From Octopus sinensis (taxonomy: Eukaryota), in contig NC_043006.1 in the NCBI RefSeq assembly GCF_006345805.1, positions 8,308,001 through 8,372,000 on the forward strand: 64,000 nt of DNA, written 5' to 3'. Within the stretch, counting starts at the first letter, position 1; every line of letters begins with the position of its first letter. The notes below the pieces were generated by a model that searched no databases, was not told where the DNA came from, and saw only the letters and a list, made by a program, of their open reading frames with translations. A program made the position numbers and the translations under genes. Shown piece after piece: positions 51,308 through 64,000 of this stretch.

Positions 51308-51622
51308 TATCCAGTAATTTTTTTGCTAGTTCATCTTGTCCTTTTGTCTTCTCTCCTAACAGTTTTTAAACAATTTTTACGAGATTCATTTAACTTCGGC
51401 TTACCGATATATGTCATCATTTTGTACTTTTGCATCACTTTTAAAAGTAAAAATTGGTTAGCATAATTGTTGTTGTTGTTATTGCTGAAATTGAAAGACA
51501 GGTGGCAGGTACTTCTTTTCCAATAAACTGTTCCTCAACTTTGACCCAATTCTAATGGAGGTTGCTAATAAAATATCTGTATAATTTTTGGTATTTAACA
51601 ATCAATATTCTTTACTCTACTG

Positions 51623-52221
51623 GGCGGCGAGCTGGCAGAAACGTTAGAGCGCCGGGCGAAATGCTTAGCGGTATTTCGTCTGCCGTTACGTTCTGAGTTC
51701 AAATTCTGCCGAGGTCGACTTTGCCTTTCATCCTTTCGGGGTCGACAAATTAAGTACCAGTTACGCACTGGGGTCGATGTAATCGACTTAATACCTGTGT
51801 CTGACCTTGTTTGTCCACTCTGTGTTTAGCCCCTTGTGGGTAATAAAGAAATAGGTATTTCGTCTGCCGTTACGTTCTGAGTTCAAATTCTACCGAGATC
51901 AACTTTGCCTTTTATCCTTTCGGGGTCGATTGAATAAGTACCAGATACGCTCTGGGGTCGATATAATCGACTAAATCCGTTTGTCTGTCCTTGTTTGTCC
52001 TCTCTGTGTTTAGCCCCTTGTGGGTAGTAAAGAAATAGGTATTTCGTCTGCCGTTACGTTCTGAGTTCAAATTCTGCCGAGGTCAACTTTGCCTTTCATA
52101 CTTTCGCGATCGATAAATAAAGTACCAGTTGCTTACTGGGGTCGATGTAATCGACTTAATCCCTTTGTTTTTCCTTGTTTGTCCCCTCTATGTTTAGCCC
52201 CCTGTGGGCAATAAAGAAATA
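51623..52221 (+). mobile_element. SINE family B trimer (184-bp period)
   Basis: Units at 51670, 51854, 52038; flanking AATATTCTTTA at 51604-51614 and 52222-52232. Confidence 0.92.
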
Positions 52222-52782
52222 AATATTCTTTATTGGATTTCAAGCGAACTTTTACCCACACTAATGTCTAATTTTAAAATTTTCTATTTTCAAAAACTGA
52301 TGTGTGTTATTGGATAAAATGAACCATGAATAATTTCAATAATTTCTTCTCTTTAACTTCATGGTGCGTAAATCTATCGGGGAAGAGATCCACTCCAGCA
52401 CATCATGAAGAAGCTATAGGGAATATTTTGAGTTGAGTTATTTTTTTATTCAAGCGAGCTTCATTCATTTTATATGATGCGCTATTTTTCCATGGTCTCC
52501 TTTTTCATTTTATACTTTTCTTGCATTTCTGACCTTTCTGAGGTCTAAGAGAGGATATTGATCCGTATGAATCTGTTTTTGAATGTAATCCAGAAGAATT
52601 GTAGAGACAAATTTACCTTATCTTGGTTTACTCATTTTACCTTTTCTGTGCTCAAAGAGAAAGGTGATAATTGTTTGAAACGGTGTTCACATTATGTTAT
52701 AATATTTTTAATGAATTTAGGGAAGATCACTTCGTTGACATAGTTTTTTTAAGGTTGTGAACATTCGTAAAAACATATGGGA

Positions 52783-53157
52783 TGGAAGCACTCCGTCGGT
52801 TGCGACGACGAGGGTTCCGGTTGATCCGATCAACAGAACAGCCTGCTTGTGAAATTAACGTGTAAGTGGCTGAGCACTCCGCAGACACGTACACCCTTAA
52901 CGTAGTTCTCGGGGATATTCAGCGTGACACAGAGAGTGACAAGGCCGGCCCTTTTGAAATACAGGTACAACAGAAACAGGAAGAAAGAGTGAGAGAAAGT
53001 TGTGGTGAAAGAGTACAGCAGGGATCACCACCATCCCCTGCCGGAGCCTCGTGGAGCTTTTAGGTGTTTTCGCTCAATAAACACTCACAACGCCCGGTCT
53101 GGGAATCGAAACCGCGATCCTACGACCGCGAGTCCGCTGCCCTAACCACTGGGCCAT
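52783..53157 (-). mobile_element. SINE family C, near full length
   Basis: Reverse complement of ATGGCCCAGTGGTTAGGGCAGCGGACTCGCGG...GGTTTCGATTCCC through tail ...CCGACGGAGTGCTTCCA. Confidence 0.9.
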
Positions 53158-54311
53158 GTATTCCTTTTAAAAGTAGACACTCTTCATTGTGCCTCACCCT
53201 CCATCATTTCATTCCTACAAATAGACAAGATGTTACCTCACTTGGATTTTTCCACACCAGAGAACGGTATCACAGCAATACAATCCTGGTCGGAGTAATG
53301 GGAATAACTGCGCTACCGGGTATCACTATATTTTCATGTTTGCAATACTAGAAAATTCATAAACACACAACCAATATCCGTACCACTTCTGTAGCGGGCC
53401 GTTACTGAAAATTCAAAACTAATCATCTAGATAATTCGTTTAGTTATTGAGCCTGGTTTCTTCGTTAATCATCTCGTGTTGTAAATTTCTGGTCGTCGAC
53501 TACAATTTGCTGAAATATTTAGCAAACTTCATATAATTATCGATATATCTTCGTCTTCAATTTTAATTCTTGACAGTCTAGTATTTACGATAACTGGCAT
53601 ATCATTTTCAATATAAGAAATCAGTATACTAAAACTGTGTGAATTGGCGTATTATATCACACATGTACGTCAGTAATAATGAAACGTGTGTAAGACTGTA
53701 CGTGTGTATATATTTATATATATATATACAAATACATATATATATCGCACATATATATATATATACACGAATATATATTATACATACATATATATATATA
53801 TATATATTATGGGTTTATGAATACACACAAATATACTCATGTATATACATACATGTATAACTAAACATGTACATACGCTTGTGCAAGCGCGATTACGTGA
53901 TTGCGTGTGTATATGCCTGTGTGTCTGAGTGCAGATTTGTGTATATATATGTGTGTGTATGTGTGTGTGTGTGTCTGTGTGTGTGTATGTGTGTGTGTGT
54001 ATGCCTATGTGTGTAAACAAGATTAGATCTCTTACCATTAAATTCTGACATTTTCCACTGTGAAAAGCAAAAACAGAAATCTATAAATATATTAAAGGAA
54101 TTCAAAAAAAAATATTTTGAAACGATAAAAGCCAATATATTTTTGGTACGTTCATATATTCTACCAGTAAAACGTGACATATTCATCTTTATTAACACAG
54201 TTACCCAATATGTAACCTACGTGAACTTCATGAAAGCAATTTAGCGTTTAAAACATACTCGCGTTTATAACTAAATGAGCAATATATGCATGCTTCTCTC
54301 TCTCTCTCTCA

Positions 54312-54349
<38 letters not shown>

Positions 54350-54727
54350 ACACATATATATATATACATATATACATATACATATGTATATATTCATATA
54401 TATATATAGATATATATATTATATATATTATATATATATATAATATATATTATATATATATATTTATACACATATACATATATATGTATACAAATATAGA
54501 TATACATATATATATAATAATATATATGATATATAAGGCACGTAGTGTTTTTTACTTATATTATATTTATCATTCATTTTATACTTTCGAAAAGAAATTT
54601 ATATATATATATATTATATATTATATTAATATATATATTATTTGTTATTTATATATTGGTTTATGTCTATCATGTTTGAGTTGCATAATAGTGGTTTTAT
54701 CTCTAATTCATATCATATATATATATC

Positions 54728-54768
<41 letters not shown>

Positions 54769-55500
54769 TTGTGTGTGTGAGTGTATGTGTGTATGTATAT
54801 ATGCATGCATGCATGTATATGTAGAGGAAAATTGAGAATAGGATAAGATTGTATCAGACATCCAATATTACAGGACACGATTACATATTCAAAATGGAAT
54901 CCAATCTCAGATGTAAAGACATAAAGTGTTCATTCGTTTTCTGATTCTAAGAATTTTATGGCAGTTGTGTTTATACACACACACACGCGTACGCATGCGC
55001 GCACACACATATGTCTACATATAAAATGCTTTTAGTATTTTATTACATATACATATACATAAACAGATTTAATTAAAAATATATACATATATATGTATGA
55101 ATATATGCATATAGGTACGTATGTGTGTACAGAAGAATAGGTGGATGGATGAATGGATGGATGTATATAGGCATTTAGGGATATACATTCCTTTTATAGG
55201 CAGGGCCTTTTAAATGTATAAAGACTCCGACCATTAGTGGAAAATTGTTATTTGGGTGAGTAGGTGAATATAAGCTTGCAAGATATTGAAATGTGTGATA
55301 TCTTAAGAGTGCTAAACGAAAATATGCTTTTAAAACGGGAGGAAATATAAGAAGGGAGATAAAATAGATGAATGTGTGATAGGTAGAAGAAAATAGGTGC
55401 ATGTGTGTGTCTGTTTATGAGTGTGTGTGGCTGCGTACACATATTACGGGTGGATTAAATTGATCATACAGATTCGCTATAAATGTGGGTGTAAGTATAA

Positions 55501-55536
<36 letters not shown>

Positions 55537-55648
55537 TCGCTCAATCATTCGCTGTAGCAAAAATATTCTCTGAAATATACTTTTGTGTCGTTTCCAAATT
55601 ACTTTTTTAACCATAATGTTTGAATTGGATGGACTCTTAAGCCCTTTC

Positions 55649-55692
<44 letters not shown>

Positions 55693-55694
55693 TA

Positions 55695-55894
55695 GTTAAT
55701 CCAAACATGAAAATACAAAGAGAAAATACAACAACGCGAGGACGTGGAACAAGTATAGTATTTTTGGACGCTAAGGAAAGAAGGAGGGTTTAACGTTTCG
55801 ATTGGAGCTCTTCGTCAGAAACACAGGAAAAGGAAAGATCCAAGGAAGGGAAGACGGAGGAAAAATCATCGCCAACGGTACACACGCGGTCACA
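55695..55894 (-). mobile_element. Family D repeat; HHR core at 55788-55822
   Basis: GUUU-CUGACGA-A-GAGC ucc AAUC-GAAA-CG-UU-AAAC (stem II damaged); homologous to 5671-5880. Confidence 0.8.
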
Positions 55895-55917
55895 AAACCT
55901 TCAAACACTAGTCACAA

Positions 55918-56188
55918 GCAAAACAACTGCGACATAAGCCACACCTTTCTATTTGAACTTTATGAAAATCAGTGTAAACTGTGAAAACGGTTAAAGATTT
56001 AAATCTAAATCCTCTACCATTCAAACGTTATTCAAAACATATACTAATTCGAGCCATGAACTCCCTATAAAAATAGAGCAATCTTCAAGTACTCGTCAGA
56101 AGCAAAACAGCTGCGAGATAAGCCACGTCTTTCTATTTGAACTGTTTGAAAATCAGTGTAACCTGTGAAACCAGTTAAAGTTTCAAAT
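55918..56188 (+). repeat. Two diverged direct repeats of about 85 bp
   Basis: GCAAAACA.CTGCGA.ATAAGCCAC..CTTTCTATTTGAACT...TGAAAATCAGTGTAA.CTGTGAAA at 55918 and 56102. Confidence 0.75.
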
Positions 56189-56313
56189 GAATTAAAAAAT
56201 ATTTTTACTATTCTCAGTGCATTTTCAACTTCTAGTTTTAATATATTTCTTCGTGTGTTGAATAAAATAACTTTGTTTTATGTATGTGTGTGCGTGTGTG
56301 TGTGTTTGTGTGT

Positions 56314-56350
<37 letters not shown>

Positions 56351-56351
56351 A

Positions 56352-57376
56352 TGGCCTGATCAATAAGTATCCGGACCCTTCTGATAGTAACGAAGCTAAA
56401 GCATGGAGAATAAGCACTCTGCTGTAAAAGAGCTATAACGTTCTTGCTCACTTCCGCTGTTTACACCAATGCTTGATAGGAAGGTGTGTAGCGCTTGACC
56501 ATGACAGAGTAAAGAATCTGCATCAAATTTTGCCAAAAGCTGGGCTCTACCTGCTCGGAGGCCTACGCAAAATTTTCAAGAAGTTTTCATCATTCTCGAC
56601 TCAATCAAGGAGATCTTGTGCAACTGAAACTCGAGTGTCTTCCCTGTCAGCTGAAAGCAGTTTTGGTACAAATTTGATAGACACGTGACTCATACGCAAA
56701 TCTCCAGTGATAATGGACTGAACTGAATGGAACTGAACCGTAACTAATCTGCATATTCTCCTGATAACTCATGGGTGGTGATTCGACAATTTCCCCTCAC
56801 AGATGCACGGAAATCTGCGATGCTTTTCTCCGTTCTGATGATTGCGGGTCCCCCAGAACGTTAGTCAATACCGAGTGGAGGCGCAATGGCCCAGTGGTTA
56901 GGGCAGTGGACTCGCGGTCATAGGATCGCGATTTCGATTCCCAGACCGAGCGTTGTGAGTGTTTATTGAGCGAAAACACCTAAAGCTCCACGAGGCTCCG
57001 ACAGGGGATGGTGGTGATCCCTGCTGTACTCTTTCACCACAACTTTCTCTCACTCTTACTTCCTGTTTCTTGGAAACCTTTCAGACCCTCGCACACCTGT
57101 GTGCGACTCGTACACTCCTCTTCATACACCTTTTGCAGCTTTGTGTTTGCTTCTGAGCAGGTATCGCTATGACAAGTTTCTCCGTCATGGTCAATGCGGC
57201 GATCACACGCTACACACCTTCTTACAAATGTAAACAGCGGAAGTGGGCTAGAACATTAAAACTCAGTGCACATGCGCAACCAAGTTTAAGGTCAATTTTG
57301 GCCAAGCAGCTCTACCCTTCGTGAATTAGCTTCGTCATTATGGAAATAGTCCGGATACTTATTGATCATCCTCGTA
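56352..57376. mobile_element. Foldback mariner derivative with two inverted 5' ends
   Basis: Perfect TGATCAATAAGTATCCGGAC at 56357-56376 and its reverse complement at 57349-57368; arms share CACTTCCGCTGTTTACA, AAGGTGTGTAGCG, TGACCATGAC; RICIKFCQKLG (+) and VSIKFVPKLLS...DENFLK (-). Confidence 0.8.
56875..57070 (+). mobile_element. SINE family C, 3'-truncated, nested in the mariner derivative
   Basis: GTGGAGGCGCAATGGCCCAGTGGTTAGGGC...TTCGATTCCCAGACC. Confidence 0.88.
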
Positions 57377-57411
57377 TATGTAGTATGTATGCATGCATGT
57401 ATGTATGGATG

Positions 57412-57442
<31 letters not shown>

Positions 57443-57447
57443 GTATA

Positions 57448-57494
<47 letters not shown>

Positions 57495-57503
57495 AATATA
57501 TAC

Positions 57504-57554
<51 letters not shown>

Positions 57555-57573
57555 TATAATATATATATAATAT

Positions 57574-57619
<46 letters not shown>

Positions 57620-57620
<1 letters not shown>

Positions 57621-58620
57621 GGGGGCCCCAAAAGTCACTCAAGGATTGCAATTTTTGGTAATTCTTTTTGGGGGCGTTTTTCTTTTTTCTTTTCAGAGAT
57701 TTTATGGATTAGGTCCTGGAAATTACTTATGGAAAAATTTGGCACCGCACAATGCACACAAATGGTGAAACTGTTCTATCAAAATCAGGGGTCAATTATT
57801 TAAACACTTTCAAGTGAGAGATGCCCTAAGTGAAAACACAATGAGGAACTTAGTTCGTCGTTTTGAAAAATAAGGGGCAGTAAGTGATCTCCCACAATCT
57901 GGGAGACCTCGCACTGTCAGAACTGATGAGGTAAGGGAACTCAAAATACGACGACAACCAGTGCACGACTGTACTAAACTGCACTTTCATGCATATTCTT
58001 GCTCTCTTCTCTTTGTAGTGGACAGTCAATGGCTAATCTTTGCAGTTATCTGACCAGATACCAATTATGAAATAGAAACTATTAGATTGAGGGAAATGTC
58101 CGTGTGTCGTATTAAAATAATGATTTTTTTATGCAAGTATTTATTCAAAAGCAACAACTATTCTTCAAAATAAAGACCAAACGCACGAACTTTTTCCTCA
58201 ACTTAATAAATAAATTTTGAAGCAATTAAAGAAATAAGAGGTTTCATTTAGTAGACGATGTTTGGCTGGTATTTCTAGCAGCTGCATCCACAATAGGTGC
58301 AGGAACTTAGTTCGTCGTTTTGAAAAATAAGGGGCAGTAAGTGATCTCCCACAATCTGGGTGTCCTCGCACTGTCAGAACAGATGAGGTAACGGAACGAG
58401 TGCGAGAGAGTATTGAACAGGTTCCGGTCACGTCGACTGGAAGGTGATCCAGACAGCTTAGCATTTCACAAGCTTCGCTGTAAAAAGTTCTCCGCAGTCT
58501 TTACATTATTCCATACAAATTACAGTTGGTTAAACATTTGAACCCCTGGACTATAAACACAGGCTCCAATACGCTATCAAAATCCAGGAATTGGCGCGAA
58601 ATGGTTTCATCAACTGAGAA
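57620..58620 (+). pseudogene. Tc1/mariner-superfamily transposase N-terminal remnant with internal duplication
   Basis: MVKLFYQNQGS, RNLVRRFEK*GAVSDLPQSGRPRTVRT, VRESIEQ.P.TST....RQLSISQ, PYKLQLVKHL; begins right after a TA tract. Confidence 0.75.
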
Positions 58621-58928
58621 AATTGCTGGAGAATCTGAGTGCACTACGCTGAAAAGAATTGCACCCATAAAGTGTGAAACTGAAAATGAACGCCATTTAA
58701 AAGCTATCTTTTTTTTATACGTAATGCAGAGGTATGATGACGAAGGACTGATGCAAATTAATCTCCATTATCTCCTTTATATTGTATTACAATGTCATAC
58801 ACCTATTTATAAGAATGAGGTAGTTATTAGAAATTAAAACTTTTCAGTGACTTCTGGGCTATCTTGTATGTGTGAGTGTGTATGCGTGCATTTGTCTGTG
58901 TGTGTATGTGTGTATATGTGTGTATGTA

Positions 58929-58964
<36 letters not shown>

Positions 58965-59059
58965 CATACATTATATATATATATATATATTATATATATA
59001 TATATATATTATATATATATATATATATATAAGACACGAATATATATATATATTCGTGT

Positions 59060-59265
59060 CTTTGCATGTGTGCATGCGTCCCACCGTTTAACAACCAGTT
59101 CTATTATATTTACCACGCTGTAAGTTGCAGCTTCGGCTAATGACTTCGATAGAATAAATACCAGACTTTGGAAAGATAATTACTGGAGTCGATTTGTTCT
59201 ACTACCCTCTGTCAAAGAGGTATCTCAGTATAGCCTGAGTCCTATGACGAAAACAAGAAAATTAT
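59060..59265 (+). mobile_element. SINE family A, old degenerate 3' half
   Basis: CGATAGAATAAATACCAG...GAGTCGATTTGTTC...ATGACGAAAACAAG. Confidence 0.55.
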
Positions 59266-59882
59266 AAACGACTGATACAGACACGTGGTCTCTTACTCTC
59301 TCCCTCTCTCTTCCTCTTTCTTCCTCACACACACATACATACACACACACACACACACAAAATTACTCACTTGGTGAGTTGTACATTGTTTTGACAGATA
59401 TGTTAACATTGTGGATTAGCTATCACAGTGGGTAGTTGTATTATTTTATAGTGAATAATGATGTGCAATACTACAGTTTCTCAGGTTCCATTCTAATACT
59501 TTTTACAATGGGAGTGTTGTTCAACTCTTCTCTTTCGATTATAATCTTTGAAAGAACATTATTAAGACCTGTCTGCGATCTGTCTGCGATCTTGAAACTC
59601 TCAACACGAATGAATGAATCATTAGTGGCCGAGTGCCTCTACGTCTAGAAGTGTTGTATATAATAAAACATATTTAACGACATTTTTCTGCATAATTAAA
59701 AAGCATTTCACTTAAACTGCGATGCCGGATTCAACACTCCCCCTGCGCAAAGCTATTCTTTTGCTAAGTTAGGACGGGAGTTGAAAGAAATTGATGCGCA
59801 ATTTCTAGCAGCCGACCAGGTGCTGTGTATAATATCATGCGCACTCACTTTAGCGGTTGTATATTGTGTATACTTTTGTATA

Positions 59883-60108
59883 CGACGATTTCATTTCAAT
59901 CGAAGGAGAGGGGCTTTCTCCGTCCGGGTTGCGGATCCGTGGAATAAGCTGCCGGAAGAGATAGTGAAGATGCCGACTACCGCTCGGTTCAAAATCTCTC
60001 TTGACCAGAAATGGCTTGAACTCTTTGTATGACCACCCTCCCTATCCCCCTTCATGGCCTTGCTTTTGCTTTTTGAGCCAATAAAAATTGAATTGAATTG
60101 AATTGAAT
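59883..60108 (+). mobile_element. CR1-type LINE extreme 3' fragment with (GAATT)n tail
   Basis: RRRGAFSVRVADPWNKLPEEIVKMPTTARFK; 3' UTR CATGGCCTTGCTTTTGCTTTTTGAGCCAA shared with 604-1757. Confidence 0.9.
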
Positions 60109-61139
60109 ATAAGTTTGTATATAACTGAAGTAAACGACTGACCTGTTTGTCTCACTCCGAGGAGGCTGTTTCGATCATGGCAAAGAAATGTTGAGACAAG
60201 TTTCATATAAATGACTATAAGTGTAACACACTACGGATGCATCAATCTGTAATAAATGGGAATCCTTACATGTAAGAGGTTGGCAAAATCGGTAGTGCCT
60301 TGGGGTATTCACTTACGGATATTTACTTTGCGAAGCCAAATCTTACTCCAAGGAAATAACGTATAAATCAGGTACTGGCACCACTTTAAATGATTCTAGA
60401 TTTGCCCTAAATACATGGATCTCTGCAAATAATTGAAGCCATTAATATCCATCTAACATCACAACCGACTACAAATTTGTATGCATTGCCCCAATTAGTA
60501 AGGCAACATAGTGCTCAGTGTTGCGAGAAACAACAAACAGACCAAGAACATGCTGTAACGTTAGCATCAGTGATGCAGTGGTAATTGTCACTTCAACATT
60601 CCAATGTTCTGCAGCAATTTAGCAAAGTGAAGAATGTTTCACATTAAAAACTCGTTTGGGATTTGCAACCAAAAATACAATCGATATATTTTTCAATTTT
60701 TAAGGATCTCATTATTTTTAAACACATAATTATTTTTCTAACGGATGCGCAATTGTTCACTGTTTTAGTAGCAATCATTTCAATAATTTTATATTATTCA
60801 TGTTTTTAGATAGTAGGCAAAGACAATAAAACAACAGTCGTAAAGAAAGATGGTATTTCGCTGTGTACATTTAAATTCTGAGTTCGAATCCTCGTGGGAT
60901 CGATATTCCCTTCATCAATACTGGATCAATAAAGAAATATTTTCTTATTACAAGCTAGTTTTTATACCTCTACTACAAATATGTCAACGCACATTAGTTA
61001 CTTTTAGCCATTGTAGTGAAGGCCATGTTAGTGCACCAATTTTATTGCTCAAAACATTATAAAATGTATTCAAGAGTGATGGATCGACACAGCTGATAAA
61101 GCGATCATCACAATATATCGTATTATTTAGCTAAAGCAA

Positions 61140-61339
61140 GGCGGGGAACTGGCAGAATCGTTACCACGCGAGACAAAAGGCTTAGCGGCATTTCGTCCGG
61201 TTTTACGTTCTGAGTTTAAATTCCGCCGCGGTCGACATAACTGGCTCGATACAATAAGTACCAGTTGAACACTGGCGTGGATATAATCGACTTAGCCCAT
61301 CCAACAAACTTTCTGGCCCTGTGCCAAAATTTGAAACCG
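61140..61339 (+). mobile_element. Older SINE family B copy with alternative tail and TSD
   Basis: GGCGGGGAACTGGCAGAA...TTCTGAGTTTAAATTCCGCCG; TTATTTA..TAAAGCAA at 61123-61139 and 61340-61356. Confidence 0.8.
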
Positions 61340-61501
61340 TTATTTAATTAAAGCAATTTACACTGACTAAAACTCAAGAGTGTCATTCATATTTCTGGAG
61401 TTGATGAAATATTCACTACACAAATATTTTTAGCATTGTATTCATCTAACCGCTTACCCACAAAATGCATGGGAGCATAAAAAATTTTATTCATTGTGTA
61501 A

Positions 61502-62023
61502 CCCCTTGACGCCGGTATTACCCGAAGCATGCGAGACACTGCTCCAGTTTTTTTTTTATCTAATGAGCCCACACAAACACACAAGTGCCAACGAGCTCTC
61601 GTCTATTTACGTTCACCGTTACAATAACATAGCGTCGTATATTTACGCCTACCGGTTTATGAAAACGAACTATGTGAAGCTATTTATCATATGATATGCA
61701 CGAGTTATTCTGCCAAAGTTCAGAAAATAGCTTGCGTGTGGTACAACTCAAAACACGGTATTTATGCATGTAAAGTATCCGCATGTCATTGGTCTACTGC
61801 TAGTCTCATGACTTGAACGTAACCTAAAATAGCTAAGATAATGCACGGAATGGCGAGTGCGCGCACCTCAAGAGATAAAGTACACGACAGCGAACGTAAA
61901 CATATGTCAGCCGCTAAAAAGTCCGTGATAGATGTAGGGTAGCTCTACATCGTATATTTACGTTAACCGCGGGTAGGCAAGCAAAAGTGTGATCGCATAT
62001 TTGCGTCAACCGTTGTCAAGGGG
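61502..62023. mobile_element. piggyBac-like MITE
   Basis: TIR CCCCTTGAC..CGGT at both ends; TTAA on the right, GTAA on the left. Confidence 0.65.
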
Positions 62024-62373
62024 TTAATTAATTTATTTGAATGCGTTGGCGTTTGCTAAAACTTTACAAAGGGAAGCTACAGAAGTTTGCAAGAGTAAAA
62101 AGCTGTTAACGCTTTTGTAGTCATTCAGTGTCAGCAAGAATAACTAATCCTCAACTACCCCAAGATGTAGCTTTTTCTTTTTGAATTCTGAAATAGTGAG
62201 ATTGTTTTCTACAAAAGGAAATGCTATGAACCATGTGATATTAATAAAAGATATCGAATGATCTCGAAATATTCAATATTCATCCAGAATACTTATTTAA
62301 ATACAGATCTATGAATTCATTCATACGTAAGTATAATATACAAATGCAAGAAAATATATGTGAATATCAACAC

Positions 62374-62439
<66 letters not shown>

Positions 62440-62784
62440 ACACACATACACACATGTTGTGTGCGTATGCTTCTACATACGTTCTAATTGTTTTTTGGGA
62501 ATAGTAGTTCTTGAAGTAGATGATAAATTTATAAGTAACAGCGTGTAAATATTGGGATAGACGCGCCTTCGGGCAAAAATATCTAATAGACTACTTCACA
62601 TTTAAGTTCTATTTTGCCTAATACTGAAACAATTGAATAAAAATGTATAGTTGTGAATATATATATATATATAATATATATATATGTGTGTGTATGTATG
62701 TTTGTATGTATATATATATATATATATATGCATGCGAGCGTGATTTAGAGAGAGTGAGACAAGGAGAGAAAGATAGAGAGAAGC

Positions 62785-62815
<31 letters not shown>

Positions 62816-63068
62816 AAGAGAGAGAAAGAGAGAGAAGGAGAGAGAGAGAGAAAGAGAAAGAGAGTGACAGTGAGTGAGAGGAAGGGGTAGGGATAGAAAT
62901 TCATATTGCTTTGAAAATAAATATAGGAAACGTTCGTATCTGCCATAAACCGTTTAATTGACCTACACAGCTACAAGAAAGTGATGCATAAATACATACA
63001 AACATGAGTATGTACCTCTATATATCTATCTATCTATCTATCTAGCTATCTGTCTCTCTTTCTCTCTC

Positions 63069-63143
<75 letters not shown>

Positions 63144-63181
63144 TATATATATCTATATATATATATATATATATATATATA

Positions 63182-63345
63182 GGCGCAGGAGTGGCTGTGT
63201 GGTAAGTAGCTTATTTACCAACCACATGGTTCCGGGTTCAATCCCACTGCGTGGCACCTTGGCAAGTGTCTTTTACTATAGCCTCGGGCCGACCAAAGCC
63301 TTGTGAGTGGATTTGGCAGACGGAAACTGAAAGAAGCCCGTCGTA
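63182..63345 (+). mobile_element. SINE family A 5' half, tandem duplicate of the next copy
   Basis: Same private variants as the 63449 copy, differing by one G. Confidence 0.9.
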
Positions 63346-63351
63346 TATATG

Positions 63352-63820
<469 letters not shown>

Positions 63821-64000
63821 TAGAATGAATTTCACATCGAAACCGGAACAATTTCCACTGCATTGAAGGTCACTTCAAAATATTTTTGAATTATCAATCT
63901 TGTTAGATAATATTTAGGATTACAATGGGTCTTGACAGACAGCACCTATAATAGCTGTAACTCAAAATGCTACAAATAGGGAGTTGCGATTATTCTCTGA

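Noticed and set aside
52300-52735. Possible decayed DDE transposase
   Set aside because: No convincing motif in manual translation

Overview
AT-rich, repeat-dominated eukaryotic non-coding DNA. The SINE, microsatellite and transposon content resembles an octopod cephalopod genome; this is recognition from memory, not a database check. I find no credible intact host gene, and nearly all long ORFs are translations of microsatellites. Mobile-element content: a CR1-type LINE remnant, Dong/R4-type LINEs in (TAA)n arrays, two decayed Penelope-like (PLE) GIY-YIG endonuclease fragments, Helitron Rep/helicase remnants plus three complete non-autonomous Helitrons, four Tc1/mariner relics, a piggyBac-like MITE and at least four tRNA-headed SINE families. 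The most notable signal is about 15 minimal type-I hammerhead ribozyme (HHR) motifs (CUGANGA-stem II-GAAA-palindromic stem III-UH) in several unrelated short repeat families. They often lie in inverted pairs, and one forms the 3' part of a tRNA-headed SINE. Together these suggest a diverse set of non-autonomous, ribozyme-bearing PLE-dependent retroelements. A second oddity is a SINE forming exact 184-bp concatemers inside single target-site duplications.
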